Source: Isurus oxyrinchus (Eukaryota). Taken from it: 64,000 nt of DNA. Below, one piece after another: positions 25,360-37,442 of this stretch. The translations under genes and the position numbers were made by a program. The notes beneath the pieces are model-generated. The model searched no databases. It saw only the letters and a program-made list of their open reading frames with translations, and had not been told where the DNA came from. The stretch lies in NCBI GenBank assembly GCA_026770705.1, contig JANJGN010000026.1, positions 34,906,001-34,970,000 of the forward strand, read 5' to 3'. Every line of letters starts with the position of its first letter. The first letter of the stretch is position 1.

Positions 25360-25842
25360 ATGATGGGAATCTTTCTTGCTTTCACCCTGTGTGAATGTTT
25401 ACCCCGTGAGTACCGATCAAACAAACCGACATTGTGTGGATTTAATAGTAAGCTGCCCGAGCCGATCCCAATTACAGACAATGTCTGGGGTTTAACCCCG
25501 TTCTGTGAATCTGCTCTGATGCTCCATTAAACTCACTCTGTTTAATTTCCAGGCTATTTCAGTCAGTCATTGACACAGACCTCGGCAGCGGTGACCAGGA
25601 AGGAGTGTCAGTCTCTCACCATTACCTATGTTTTCTATGGTGGTTTTTACGCTCGACATTTGACGGGCGGGGATTTCTTCAGAAAAACCCAGACCGGGAC
25701 AGAGCAGGAGCAGATCTCCAGCGGAGGAAGATTTGTTGAGACGTTGAATAAAGCACAAAAGACATTTTCGCTGGAAATTCGGGATGTGAGAGTTGAATAC
25801 ACTGCCACCTATTTCTGTAAATCTCAGTACGAGTACAAAGAA
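25360..25842 (+). pseudogene. NAR-TCR (IgNAR-like) V segment, cassette 1 (leader 25360-25405, V exon 25553-25842); open frame but canonical Cys23 replaced by Tyr
   Basis: SLTQTSAAVTRKECQSLTITYVFYGGFYARHLTGGDFFRKTQTGTEQEQISSGGRFVETLNKAQKTFSLEIRDVRVEYTATYFCKSQY. It has the VNAR-style short FR2-CDR2 (ISSGGRFVE) and a non-canonical FR1 Cys. TATA-like catataaa at ~25331. Confidence 0.9.
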
Positions 25843-25880
25843 CACGGCGACGGGTCTCGGTTTCCCGCGATATAAAAACT
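25843..25880 (+). other. Degenerate long-spacer RSS cacggcg-22-ataaaaact
   Basis: Direct read, immediately after the NAR-TCR V. Confidence 0.8.
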
Positions 25881-26209
25881 CTCACTGCAGATTATTACAG
25901 AATCAAATAAAAAAAACGGAGTTAATCTGCAGTTAAACCCCCCACGGTTCCGCCTCACACCGCCTGCCCCACAGTCTAGTGTATAATGAGACTGGATTAT
26001 TGCCGTTAACATCTTGAGTTTTATAAATGTCGAGTGTGTGCGGATGGCGATGTATTTGCCGGGATTGGTGTCAGTGAATGGGGATTGGGAATGACTAATC
26101 CCAGTTACAAACCTCTAACACCAGATGTGATCCTGGTCTAACAGCTGGAACCGGGAACCGCAGTCCCCGCTGTTTACCTAGTATACCCACAGCGCACCAA
26201 GTACCCAGG

Positions 26210-26282
26210 GGATTTCATGCTGACTTGTAACACTGCGTGTTTGGATGGGGAAGTCACAGTGGAAGAGACTTGAGCAAATATC
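26210..26282 (+). other. NAR-TCR D segment (coding 26238-26254, tgtttggatggggaagt) flanked by 12/12 RSS
   Basis: ggatttcat-12-cactgcg [D] cacagtg-12-gcaaatatc. Confidence 0.82.
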
Positions 26283-26598
26283 TCTCCACAATCACAATAT
26301 AAATTCTCCAGTCCCGGACAGTGAATTGTCGGGTTGATGTTATTGTTGCTATAATCTGGTTACATTTCATTGTAATTTCCACCATTCAGTTATCTTTCTT
26401 TAATCATTTTTCTCGGTTTATATGAAGAGAACATTTCGTTCCCGGGACCATTTACTCAGAGCTCAGGGCCTCACAAAGAACAGTTTGAACAGACAGAGAC
26501 TTTAAAATATTGAATATTGTTTATTTATTTATATCCGCTGAATAATTGGGCAGTTTCTACTGTCTGATGATGATTCCCCAGTAGTTTGAGTTGTCGGT

Positions 26599-26681
26599 GG
26601 TTGTTGTACCGGGGACACTGAGAGTGGTGTCACTGTGGTGGGTTACTAAATATTATTCTGTGGATGGACCCAGGAAAGCTG
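26599..26681 (+). pseudogene. NAR-TCR J segment (26638-26681) with 5' 23-RSS; 15-nt internal deletion
   Basis: ggttgttgt-23-cactgtg, then ...VDGPRKA|gtaat, versus VDGSGTVVTVTA in the paralogous J. Confidence 0.88.
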
Positions 26682-27399
26682 GTAATAACTCCAAACCTCG
26701 CCGGGTTACCGACTGTCCCTTGTAATGTTCACCGTCAGTTTATTATTGATATCGGTTGGGTTTGGGGGGATGTGGGAGTTGACGGAATCTGGACCATTAT
26801 TAGTTTAACGGGCACATTGGGGACAACATCAACATCTCGGACTCTCACACTTTGAATCGCTTTTAATGAGAGCAGATTGTCAGCAATCCGGACTCCACTC
26901 CCGGTGTTAATTGTGACCGAGGGAGCTCTGCCTGTCCCTTAGAGCTGGGGAGCGGGGTGACAGATCTCTCTCCTGGGTAGCAGTTTGCAGTCCGAGCTGC
27001 ACAATGTGAATGAGGAACCGGGTGAATAAACTCAACATAACTGCGGCCAGTTCGGATACCTGACCCGGGAGTAAAACAAACAAGTGACACAATGGACTTC
27101 AGATATAAGAGGTCCTGATGTGGGTCTACATGCAATTTTATTATTGGATAATCAGTGACTGAAATTAGTGACAATGCCCCCGCCATTTGTTTCAATTGTC
27201 TTCAGAAAACCAATTACTTTCCTCCCTTTCTGACCTCAGACCGAAATGTGAAAGTTTGGAACTGCAGACACTTTATTATCTTGAATGTAGATGTTTGAGA
27301 GATGGGATTGCTGTAATTTTTCTGTATCCCTGATTACTGTTAATGGAAACAACAAAATGCAGTGAGATAGTGAGGATAATGCATTAATCTTATAAAGGA

Positions 27400-28130
27400 G
27401 AACAAGAACATAGGGAGCAATTATAAACTGGGGCCATGTTCATTTAGAACCAGCAAGAAATAGATCAGCGAAAGGGGGAGAAGGATTGTATGACCTCTGG
27501 GCGCCTTCCAAAGTACAATCCGACCACGTGGTGGGTGAGCTTTATGGAGGGAAGGACTGAAATAGACTGAAATGCTGTGTAAAGTTTTGGTCTCATTACT
27601 GAAGAGAGAACCATCTGCTTTGGAAGGAGTGCAACAAAGGCTCACCAGACTGATTCCTGAGATGAAGAGGTTGTCCATTGTGAAATGATTGAATAGTCTG
27701 GGCCTGTATTCCCTAGAGTTTAGGAGAATGAGAGGTGATCTAATGAAAAAAATATAATATTCTTCAGGGACCTTGACTGGGCAGATACTGGGTCGCAGTT
27801 TCTCCAGGCTGAGGAGTATAGAACTCAGGGTCACAGCTTCAGAACGAAGGGTCATCCATTAGAACTGAGAATCGGAAAATAATCTTGAGAGGAACTATTG
27901 TTGTGAACCTGTGGCATCCTGTAACTCAGAGACCGGTGGGTGTTCAGTATCACCGTGTATGCAAGGCAATATTCGACAAATTTTTGGATACTAACAGAAT
28001 CAGGGGATATTGGGAGAAAGCGGGAATGTGATGTTGAGGTTGAAAATCAGCAACCATATTACTGAATGGCTGAGCATGTTTGAAAGGTGATCTGGCGCCT
28101 GCTGCTTCTATTCGATTCTCTACTTTGATT
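27400..28130 (+). mobile_element. CR1-type LINE 3' fragment in J-to-supporting-V intron
   Basis: ALEGVQQRLTRLIPEMK...LGLYSLEFRRMRGDL; a similar fragment sits at the equivalent position and orientation in cassette 2 (40480-41020). Confidence 0.8.
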
Positions 28131-29529
28131 TCCTACAGGCCTGAGAAAAGAAATCAGCAGCATTCCACATCTCTCTGGGAAGTTGAAGCCGGCTGGGCCT
28201 CTTTTTTCTGGACAAAAGGGAAACACTGGGAAAATAAATAGAAACCTTTCAAACAATGAGCGGTTTTAGTCTGGTGAAATTGTTTATTTGTGGCTGAGGC
28301 CAAAGCAATGGACCATCAAAATATTAACAGGGCAAAGAAGAATATTAAGACAAATAAATTTTAACAAAGACAAGTCAGAGTATGGAACTTGCTGTCCCAG
28401 GGAGTGCTTGCAGATATTACTGATATATTTACGGAACAGACCGACCCAGGGAGCTGGATGGAAATGGTCAGTTAAGTTTCGGTGGGGATTAGGTTGGAAG
28501 TGAGTCTATGCACAGGTTGAATGGCCCATTCCTCTTTTGCGTTCGTTTTCCTCCATAATGTTAAAATTGAGGGAAAACTCCGCCCAGTGAACCCGGGAAA
28601 GAATCAGTTAACGTACGGAAAGAATTGAAATTGTCAGAGCGCCGGAAGAGGCAGTTCCCAGTGAGTAACAGTAAAACCACTGCGGAAACTGAACAAACTG
28701 AACCCAACAGACAACTGAGAGAGTTTGGGACAAGTTCCCACGATTGCAAAAAGCGCAAACAGCACAAAGTAAATGTGCAAAAAGGAAATGTGAAATAAAG
28801 TAAATAAAATTAAATTAATTGTAAATATTTCAAATGAACTGAACTGCAGAAGATTGGACCCTATTGATAAAACTTAGAGAAATAGAGCACCAGGCCGAGA
28901 GAAATTCCCGAGCACTTATAAGCCACAAGAAATGATTGACCTTTGGCCACTGATGTTTGGCTTTGGCCCAATTGGTGCTGATGATTCCCATCGGTTTGTG
29001 TTGGGTCTTTCTGTGATGCCACACAGCTGTATTTCTCTCCAACAAACATTTTTTTTGTTTGGAAATCGGTTGCCTCATTGATCATAAAATATTCCCTCGG
29101 GTTTGTCTCTCACTAGGGATAATACACACAGGGATGTAATTTTATTCATAGAATTATCCGGCCCATCGTGTAGGCGCCGACGCTTTAGAAATGCAAACCA
29201 ATTGTTCCCACCGCCCATTAACTTTCCCCATCGCTCTATATTTTTATTTACATTTCCAGTACAGATCCATTACCTGCTTCAAAGTTACAATGGAATCTGT
29301 TCCCACCACCAATTCAAACGGTGCATTCTTCATGAGGAGACTTAGCTATGGAAAAAAAATCACTTCATTCCCTACTTTATCATATTTTAATAACAGTGAA
29401 TACGGTTCAAACAGGCTTCAAACCAATAAAATTACCACAAAAAGCAAAGCTATTCAAGCGATCGACAATTTCTCCTGGACAAACAGTGGATAAACAAAAA
29501 GATAATGTTCATTTTTTTTGATTCTCCAG

Positions 29530-29833
29530 ATTCCAGTTCCATAATTTCCCGGGATCCGCCTGTACAAACCTCTGTTGCTGGTGACACCATTACTTTAAAC
29601 TGAATATTCAGGGTTCTGTCCGTACACAGTACACTGGTATCGTCTGTCGCCCAGACAGGCTCCGGAATATCTGCTTCACAGACACACTTCAGGAGAGGAG
29701 AATAAAGAAAACGCAGTCGAGGGGAGAATTTCTGCTTCTATCAAATCCGTCGAGAAAATCAGCCAGTTAAAGATCTCCAAAATACAATAGAGCAACTCCG
29801 CTGTGTCTTACTGCGCACTGAGTCGGCGTGCAG
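29530..29833 (+). pseudogene. Leaderless supporting TCR-delta V of NAR-TCR, cassette 1
   Basis: DSSSIISRDPPVQTSVAGDTITLN, a 2-nt deletion at Cys23, then EYSGFCPYTVHWYR...GRISASI...IQ*SNSAVSYCALSRR. Extra CDR1 Cys (SGFC); no leader exon seen upstream. Confidence 0.9.
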
Positions 29834-29872
29834 CACAGTGATACAGTGCATGGAGAGAGCTGTAGAAAAGCC
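29834..29872 (+). other. 23-RSS cacagtg-23-agaaaagcc
   Basis: Direct read. Confidence 0.88.
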
Positions 29873-30248
29873 TGAACACGGTGGGATTACAGAAGGACCA
29901 ACAGTAGCTGAATCTCCTTCAACGCTCGTACAATAGCCTACGGGATGGTACCAACTGCTCTCAACACACAGCCCCCCTCCCTCCTCCCCACCCCGTGATG
30001 TTAACCTGGGTCCACCCGACATCACCACCCCCACAGCCTCCCGGCCCGGGACCCTTACCCCCTTTCCCATTCTGTCAGTATCGCCCTGTTTTCTCCTCCT
30101 GGATATTCAGGGATTTGTACCCTCCCCAATGCACCCAGCACCGCATAATAAAGTCACGTCCCGTGTATTCACCGGCCTGATCCATTTCCCAGACAGGGGA
30201 GCAGCTTTGCCCAGAGATGTGGAGGGGGTGGGTAACATGGATCTTGTG

Positions 30249-30307
30249 ATCGGGTTTAACCGCGTGCAACATACGGAACAACGGGACCAGGTTGATTGTG
30301 GAAACCA
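30249..30307 (+). pseudogene. Possible decayed TCR J segment
   Basis: ...GTRLIVET + phase-1 donor gtaatt. The FGxG motif is disrupted and no convincing RSS is present. Confidence 0.4.
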
Positions 30308-30645
30308 GTAATTCGGTCATTGTGGATCACTCCACATCTTTTATTTATTTAATTTTCATTCTCTTTCCCTCCTCTGAACTGACTTAGATGTTAAGCCACG
30401 GCGTTATTTCATGTGTCAGTGATGTAAACGGGATTTGGGGTGAGGAGCTGTCGTTGGGTGTCGGATGGGGGTGGGTGCGAGGGAGGGGGTGCTGATTGAC
30501 TGGATCTATCCCAGAAAGTAGATGGCAAACCTTGTGCATCGCTATTCCAATGGTCCCACCCCCCCACTCCCCCAAGGCTTTAACAGGCCTTTAATCACCA
30601 AGTCAGGCATTATTGAATGTGTGTCCGTGTATGCGTGTGTGGCTG

Positions 30646-30685
<40 letters not shown>

Positions 30686-31715
30686 TGTCTGTCTGTCTGT
30701 CTGTCAGTGTGTGTATGCACTGGCGGGGGAAGTTTCACTTGAGCTGGGGGGTTGTGCACTGCACTGGTTAAGGGCTCCAGTCTCGAAATATTCGAAGCTT
30801 CAATGTCCCCAAAGTACAGGGCCAGTCAGGATTCGGTGTGGGGGTCGTGGGATGGTACAGCCTGGACAGTGGGAACCATTAAGGACATAATAAATAGGAG
30901 GAGCATTGAGCAGTTCAATAAGATCATGACTGAGATTCGACCTCAATGTCCTCTTGGCCTGTCCCAATATCATTGACCCTTTAGCGCCACATCCCAAAAA
31001 ATCTATCCATCACCAAATGAAAATCCATCAATCACGATTTTGAATATGGGCAACTGCTGAACATCCTGAACCCTCTGGGCTGGAGAATTGCAAAGGCCCG
31101 CAGCCCTCTGAGTGAAGGGATATCTCCTCAACTTAAGCCAAAATGGCCGACTTTTAACCCTGAGACGAGGACCAGAGTATTTAAAGTGCCATTTGAAGGT
31201 GTTAGTTGTTTTGTGTGTGTATGCGTGTGCCTGTGTCTGAATTCTAATGTTAAGGAGATTCCGTGAAATTAGAAGTCATGTTTATGTTGCATTGTGTAAT
31301 GTGGCCCAAAACCCTATGCTCCATTAACCCAGGCAGCCATATATTGCATCAAATATCGTAGTGTCGAGGAACAGTTGCCGATGGTGGGGTGGGGGATGTA
31401 CATTGTCTTTGCTTCCAATTCTACTGAAACCCCACTTGCAGCATATTTGTAATGCGTTGAGAATTTCGTTTGAAAGTAAAAAAGAAGATTCTCCCCACTC
31501 TCTGCCTCGCTTGGATTTGTCAATTGGGAAATCTCGGCCATGATTTCTTATGGTGCGAAATTAAAGGAGAGCTGCGAATCATCTCCAAGATTGCAGGGTT
31601 TGAGGATTAACTGTTTAACCCAAGCAAACTGCAGAAAATAGCATTATGTGGTGGGACTTGGTGAACTGGCCAGAAGAGTGCCGAATGCCATTTGAAGTTT
31701 ATTGGCGTGTCATTG

Positions 31716-31804
31716 AGTTTTCAGATGGAGTTTTGTCATTGTGTATTCGAATGTTTTTAGACCATTAATATTCGGAACAGGAACCAAACTGACCGAGGAA
31801 CTTA
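31716..31804 (+). other. TCR alpha/delta-type J segment (coding 31744-31804) with 5' 12-RSS
   Basis: agttttcag-12-cattgtg, then open YSNVFRPLIFGTGTKLTEEL + a|gtgagt. FGxG motif intact; the C-terminal LTEEL deviates from the usual LTVEP. Confidence 0.82.
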
Positions 31805-31859
31805 GTGAGTATAACCTGTTGGTATCTATTTGAGAAGACTCATTCGGCAAACAGAAATT

Positions 31860-32790
31860 ATTGCAAAAAGGTGGGGGTGGGGGTGCGGGGGGCAGTGAAT
31901 TTCAAACTGACGTCCAGAATGATGAAGCTAGGGAATTTATTAGCGGGGTTGGGGGGGGGGTGGTAATTTGTGGAGGGGTGAATTTGGGCCTGGGGGGTAA
32001 ATTTGTGGGGGTAAATTTGCACGGTGTGGAATTTGCGGGGTGACAGAATCTGCAGGGGGAATTTACATAGGTGGAAAATTGCGGGGAGAGAGAATTTGCA
32101 CGGAGGGAAACTTGCACATGGGGGAAATTTGCATGGGTTGAATTTGTGGGGGTGGAATTTGCGCAGGAGGGAAGTTGCCGGGCAGGAAGACATTTGTACA
32201 AGGAGAAATTTAAGGTGGGGGAAATTTTCACAGCAGAAAATTTGTGAGGCGGGAGTTTGCACAGAGAGAAAATCGCACGAGGGAATTTGCAGCGGGGAGA
32301 TAATCTGGAGGGGTAAATTTGCAGGGGCAAGCTTGCAAGTTGGGAAATTTGCAGGGGGAAATTTTTCAGGGGGAGTAAATTTGCATGGGGGAGAAATTTG
32401 CGGGAGGTAGAAATTTGCACAGGGCCAATTTGCGGGGAGAAAATTTTGCATGAGGGGAAACTGTGGGGCTGTAAAGGAGAATAGAACCTACAGAGGCTGA
32501 ATTTGCGGAGGGGAATTTGTGGGGAAGTAAGTTTGCACAGTTTGTAATTTGCACAGAGGGGAATGTGCGGGGGGAGGTCGAATTTGTGGATGTGGTATTT
32601 GCACATGAGGGAATTTGCACAGGGTGGAAGTTGCAGGTGGGGGAAATTTGCACATGGAGGATTTTGCCGGGGGGGAGGGTGGATTTGTGGGGTGGAAAGA
32701 ACCTGCAAGGGGGATTTTGCACTGGTGGAAAACTGCGGGGAGGGGGACTTTGCAAGGGCGAGAATTTGCAGGGGCGTAAATCTGTGGAAG
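31860..32790 (+). repeat. G-rich degenerate tandem repeat (gggg-aatttgca-like unit)
   Basis: Dozens of G-run + aatttgc units; the long ORFs here are low-complexity artefacts. Confidence 0.9.
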
Positions 32791-33510
32791 AGAAAGAAAA
32801 AATAGAGATAGAAGAAAGAGAAAAAGAGACATAAAAGGAGAGACAGAGAAAGAAGAAACAGAATGAGAGAGACAGAGAGAAAGGGAGAGAGAGACAGAGA
32901 GAAAGAAAGAGAGAGACAGAGGAAAAGAGACAGAGAGAGAAGATGCTCAATTGAAAGAGAGAGAAAGAAGCAGAAAGGCGGAGAAAACTATAGACATTTC
33001 CTGAAATAGACGTGCATCTGACGAATGAGGGCTTGTGGTGTGACCAGCAAGAGGGTTAGGGTGTGACAAACGGAATAATAAATTAGGTGGGTTGTCGGAT
33101 GGATAAGTTGTTGGATGAACANNNNNNNNNNNNNNNNNNNNNNNNNNNNNNNNNNNNNNNNNNNNNNNNNNNNNNNNNNNNNNNNNNNNNNNNNNNNNNN
33201 NNNNNNNNNNNNNNNNNNNNNNNNNNNNNNNNNNNNNNNNNNNNNNNNNNNNNNNNNNNNNATGGATGCATGCACAGATGGACATATGGGCGGATGGACT
33301 TATGGATGGGTGGGCGGGTGGACAGATGGACTGAAGGAAGGAGGGAGAGGTGGATGGGCGGATGGATGGATGGACGGAGAAGAGGATGGATGGATGGATG
33401 GATGAATGAAAGGGGAGATGGATAGAAGGGCGACCTGATGCATTAATGGATGGCTGGATGTGCGGGCGGATGCAAAGGGGTGAAAGTGAATGACGGCTGG
33501 ATAGATGGAT
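32790..33510 (+). repeat. GA-rich and (GGAT)n simple repeats flanking gap N 33122-33261
   Basis: Direct read. Confidence 0.9.
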
Positions 33511-33639
33511 GGACCTAATCAATTGTTCATTTTAATTTAGATGAAGCTTACAACTGCTTTCCTTAAACTTCGGTACTTGGGCCAGTGATGTATGCATAAT
33601 AATTATTTGTAAACCGTAATCCAATAAGCATATTAATGT

Positions 33640-34530
33640 AATAAATTATCCCTGGTATAGTTGGTTCAGGCTTTGCAGATGACGGGGATCTCGCTTTGTA
33701 ATAAACAATGGGGAAAATGTAACAAACTTCAGGAGGACATGGACATTTCAATTTGCCTGAACTGTATCAGATGGTATTTGTGAAATGATGCATTTTGGTG
33801 GGAATAATGAGGATATCCGATATAAACTAAATGATGCAATTTGATCAGCGCTGTAGGAACAGAGAGATGGATACGGTGCAATGTGCTCAAAACTTTGTAG
33901 TTGGCAGTGATGGCTGAGAATCCTGTAAAGAACATTTTAAGTTCTTGCTTTTATCAAGAGGAAAAAGATGCTATGCTAAACATTTCTACAAAGCTGGTAA
34001 GGTCTCAGCTGGACTGTTATCTACGAATATCTGAACCACACATGATAAATGATTTGAGGGTCTTGGAGAAGGTGCGGGAGTGATTTACTTGGAAGGCACA
34101 ACTGATGAGGGGCTTTAGCTTTGTGGTGAGACTGGAGAATCTGTGGCTGTTCTCTGTACAACATAAAAGATTGGGAGGAGATTTGTTTGCGATATTGACA
34201 ATTATTAACTGTTTTAGTTGAATAAATGAGGGAAGTTGCATCTAGTGGTGGAAAGCTCCATAATCAGAGGACTTGGATTTAAATTCGTTTACAAAAGAAT
34301 CAGAGGGAATCCGAGCAGCCATTTATTTGCACTCTGAGTTGTTGTGCTGTGGAATAAGCTGCTGGATATGTTGGTGGAAGCAGCTTCAATATCAAATGTC
34401 AAAAACATAATTGGGTAACTGTTTGAAATGGGAAATTTTGCAAGGCAAAGGGGAGCAAACAGTGGAATGGGAACAATTTGGTGCCCCTACCAAAGAGGCT
34501 ACATAGACATGATGTGCTGTATGGCTTCAT
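33640..34530 (+). mobile_element. Old CR1-type LINE 3' fragment
   Basis: Degenerate FADD..., LVRSQLDC, VLEKV, RLGGDL motifs. Confidence 0.65.
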
Positions 34531-34624
34531 TCGATGATGGTGCGATGAAGGAAAGGAACGAGCATTCATTGATGTCTCTAGGAACTAAACATCCATTTGT
34601 ATTCTGTTCATTGAATATTCGAAG

Positions 34625-34968
34625 GTCTGTGATGCTCAAATATAATGAAGCAACCTGCATCATCAGTATTATGTATAGTGGAAGGACATATGGTGTTGCC
34701 CTGTTCATACTCCACGGACAGCCGCCGATATGATCTGTTCTAGCACAGAAAAAGTACGGGGGAGGCGCCGGTGCTTTTAATCAAAATGAATTCTGAGGGA
34801 GGGCAGGAAGCAGGGCGTGTTGGAGGCCCAGTCTATTCAATACCCCGAGTATCTGACCGTTTTTTCAGCTTACCCCTGACAGGTGTTGAGCTGAGTGTCA
34901 GTGGGATTTACTATTGTGTGCTGAATATTCGCAGTGATACAAACTAATACAGGCCCTGTACGGAAACT
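34625..34968 (+). pseudogene. TCR alpha/delta V pseudogene exon (34625-34929) with RSS cgcagtg-23-acggaaact (34930-34968)
   Basis: MKQPASSVLCIVEGHMVLPCSYSTDSRRYDLF*HRKSTGEAPVLLIKM...LTGVELSVSGIYYCVLN; TAG replaces the conserved Trp (34741). Confidence 0.85.
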
Positions 34969-35089
34969 ATCGTTGGGTTGCCATATAACCTCAACGATGG
35001 GAGTTCAGTGTGTGAACTCTGAATCTTCGCCTCTGAAAGAACCAGTAACTTCCGATTGGAAACAGTGAAAGTAGAGCCTGTTATAGGGA

Positions 35090-35415
35090 AAGCGAAAGCC
35101 AAGGAAAGTAGAAAGAAAGAGAAAAAGTGAGAGACAGAGGGAGAGAAAGAGAGGAAAATATGCCGAGACACTGAAAGATACAGAGGATGGAGACAAAGAT
35201 TGACGCAGAGAGCAGAAAGTGTGTGCGTGAGAGAGAGAAAGAGAGAGGGAGGGTGAGACTGCGAGAGACAACGGAGGGAGGCACAGGCAAAGCCAGACAT
35301 TTAAATGGAGAAGGAGAAAGCGATTGACAAAGCGTGAGAGGGGCAGACAGAGAAAGGGACAGATATAGAAAGACATAGAGGCAGAGAGAAATAGACAGAC
35401 AAAGAGAGAGAGAGT
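35090..35415 (+). repeat. GA-rich low-complexity repeat
   Basis: Direct read. Confidence 0.85.
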
Positions 35416-37442
35416 CCGCAGCTTATTCTATAAAACCCTCAGGTTCAGTTATTGATTTCCAGCTAATTGTGCTTTAATTTTGTCCCATTGTGTGATTTCA
35501 ATGTGACTAAATCCGGTTCTACTGATCAACGGACATCGAGCTGTCGGCAACCGCACTGCAGAAACCGCTCGTTTTACTGTGATGTTTGAAATAAGGAAAC
35601 TGAACAGTGAAAACGGTTAAAAGCTGCACGTTTCTCAGGCACTGGGGTTAGAAGGTTAGAACAGTGTGGTTATTGAGAGCGGCAGTCTCTAGCAATCCCC
35701 CTCACCTCCTTTTATTTATTAGTTGTTCTTATTGAACTATGAGAAAATGGGGAGATGTAACACAGAAATAGAAGGGGTTCATACACCCGCCCATTTTATG
35801 TCATTGCTTTGTTAAACACTACTGTATTTAATGTTTTTAATCAATTGCCTTCAATTAAATCCCAATTGTCTTCAAGCACCAATTTTCCAAGTTTGCCTTT
35901 TAAACCCCTCAACTCATCCCTCATTGTCACACACTCTGCCAAAATGTCTTTGTTTACATAAATTGCTCGTTATTTCCCTGTCAGTCCAACATTCTCTCTT
36001 TCTATGTATCTGAATCTCCCCGTCTCTGCATCTCTCTCCATCGGAAAAACCTATCTCTGCATCTGAAGACATAATATTCCTGTATAGGAACAGGAGGAGG
36101 CCATTCAGCCCTTCGAGCCTGCTCGACATTTACTAAGAGAATCTTTGATTTGCCCAAGAACTTCAATACCTTACCTCCATTTTCCTTAATCAACAAAAGT
36201 GGGAGCAGCACTGGTAAAGAAACTCGTAGAAATGGAGTTCAAACGCACATGAGCATTCATGTATTCAATTTTATGTTAATTTTCTCAATCACTGGACCAT
36301 CCTGCTTCACTGGAATTACCTGCCCAGCGTTCAATCAACTAGATGATTAGTTGGTTTCAAAACTTATTTTACCCCTAACCCCATCTCAAAGCATTACTAC
36401 GTTATGGTCAGCAATGCCCAGATGTTCTTCTGGCTTTACTTCTCACCCTAATTTGTTTCACTCCCCGTTACCTTGCTGTTCTTCGTTTTTTGCATTTGGC
36501 TTTATAAAGACAACAGTGCACCCTGTGGGAACTCTATTCCCTTATCCCCTTTACATACTTCTGGTGAAGTAATACTAGGTAATGCAAGCACTATTATTAA
36601 TATTCTGTTTACTATATTCCTTAATTTGTCTGCATATTTCTTTCTTCAACTCCCTTCAAGACGCAAATCAATTCAGAGATAGAGATATGGAAATAAAGAG
36701 CTACAGAGTGACACAAAGACACTCAAAGAGAGCGAGAAAAATGGAAAAGGAGAGAGAGAGAGACACCGAGAGACAGAAGGTCCAAATATTGAGTTTTAAT
36801 ATAACAGTTAACACTGCGCTCAGGTTGCGAATTCAGTCCCATCTTCCGGCTCTGATTTGCAATAGAGAAAGAAAAAAAGCATGCATTTATAAAGCGCCTT
36901 TCTTGACATCAGAACTTTACAAAACACTTAACAGTCAAAAAAGGCTCTAGAGTGTCTTTATGTGGGAAACATGACAGGCAATTTACACACGGAAAGCTTC
37001 CATAAACAACAAGGTGAGAATGACCTGGTGATCTACTTCTGTGATGTTGATTTGGGGGCGGGGGTGGTGTTGGTTGGGTAGGAGGGGGGGGATGAAAATT
37101 GATATACAACCTGTCAGTCAGTCATCGAAGCTACCATTTCCACTCATGCCTCGCAGAGATGTAAATTCCTGCGCATGTTTCAGATGGTTCCCTCATGTAA
37201 CTCGACTGTTCACGCGGAGGGTGTGTTGTGTCCCATACTATGTGGTCCAGGATTTATGAAGTTACTGTTGTGGGCCTGAGACTCTGTTGTTATTGTGTTT
37301 CTTATTTTGATAACATGTTGCCTTACCTGTTTGACACCGATATTCATGACCATTCAACCCACTGAGGAAATGGGGCCCTTGTTTCAGGATCCACCGGGCA
37401 TCATGGTGAGTTATGGAGGCAGTGTAATCCCCACCATGTTCA

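Noticed and set aside
26168-26200. Possible second D segment (cgctgtt...cacagcg)
   Set aside because: No nonamer at 12 or 23 spacing on either side.
31858-32950. Several 100-270 aa ORFs
   Set aside because: Low-complexity repeat artefacts.
35500-35700. D-like segments between tactgtg/aacagtg and cactggg/aacagtg
   Set aside because: Heptamers are imperfect and no acceptable nonamers are present.
36249-37260. Leader-like MSIHVFNFMLIFSITG and faint V-like fragments (also 14900-15060, 17580-17700, 43250-43550)
   Set aside because: Too decayed to support by eye.
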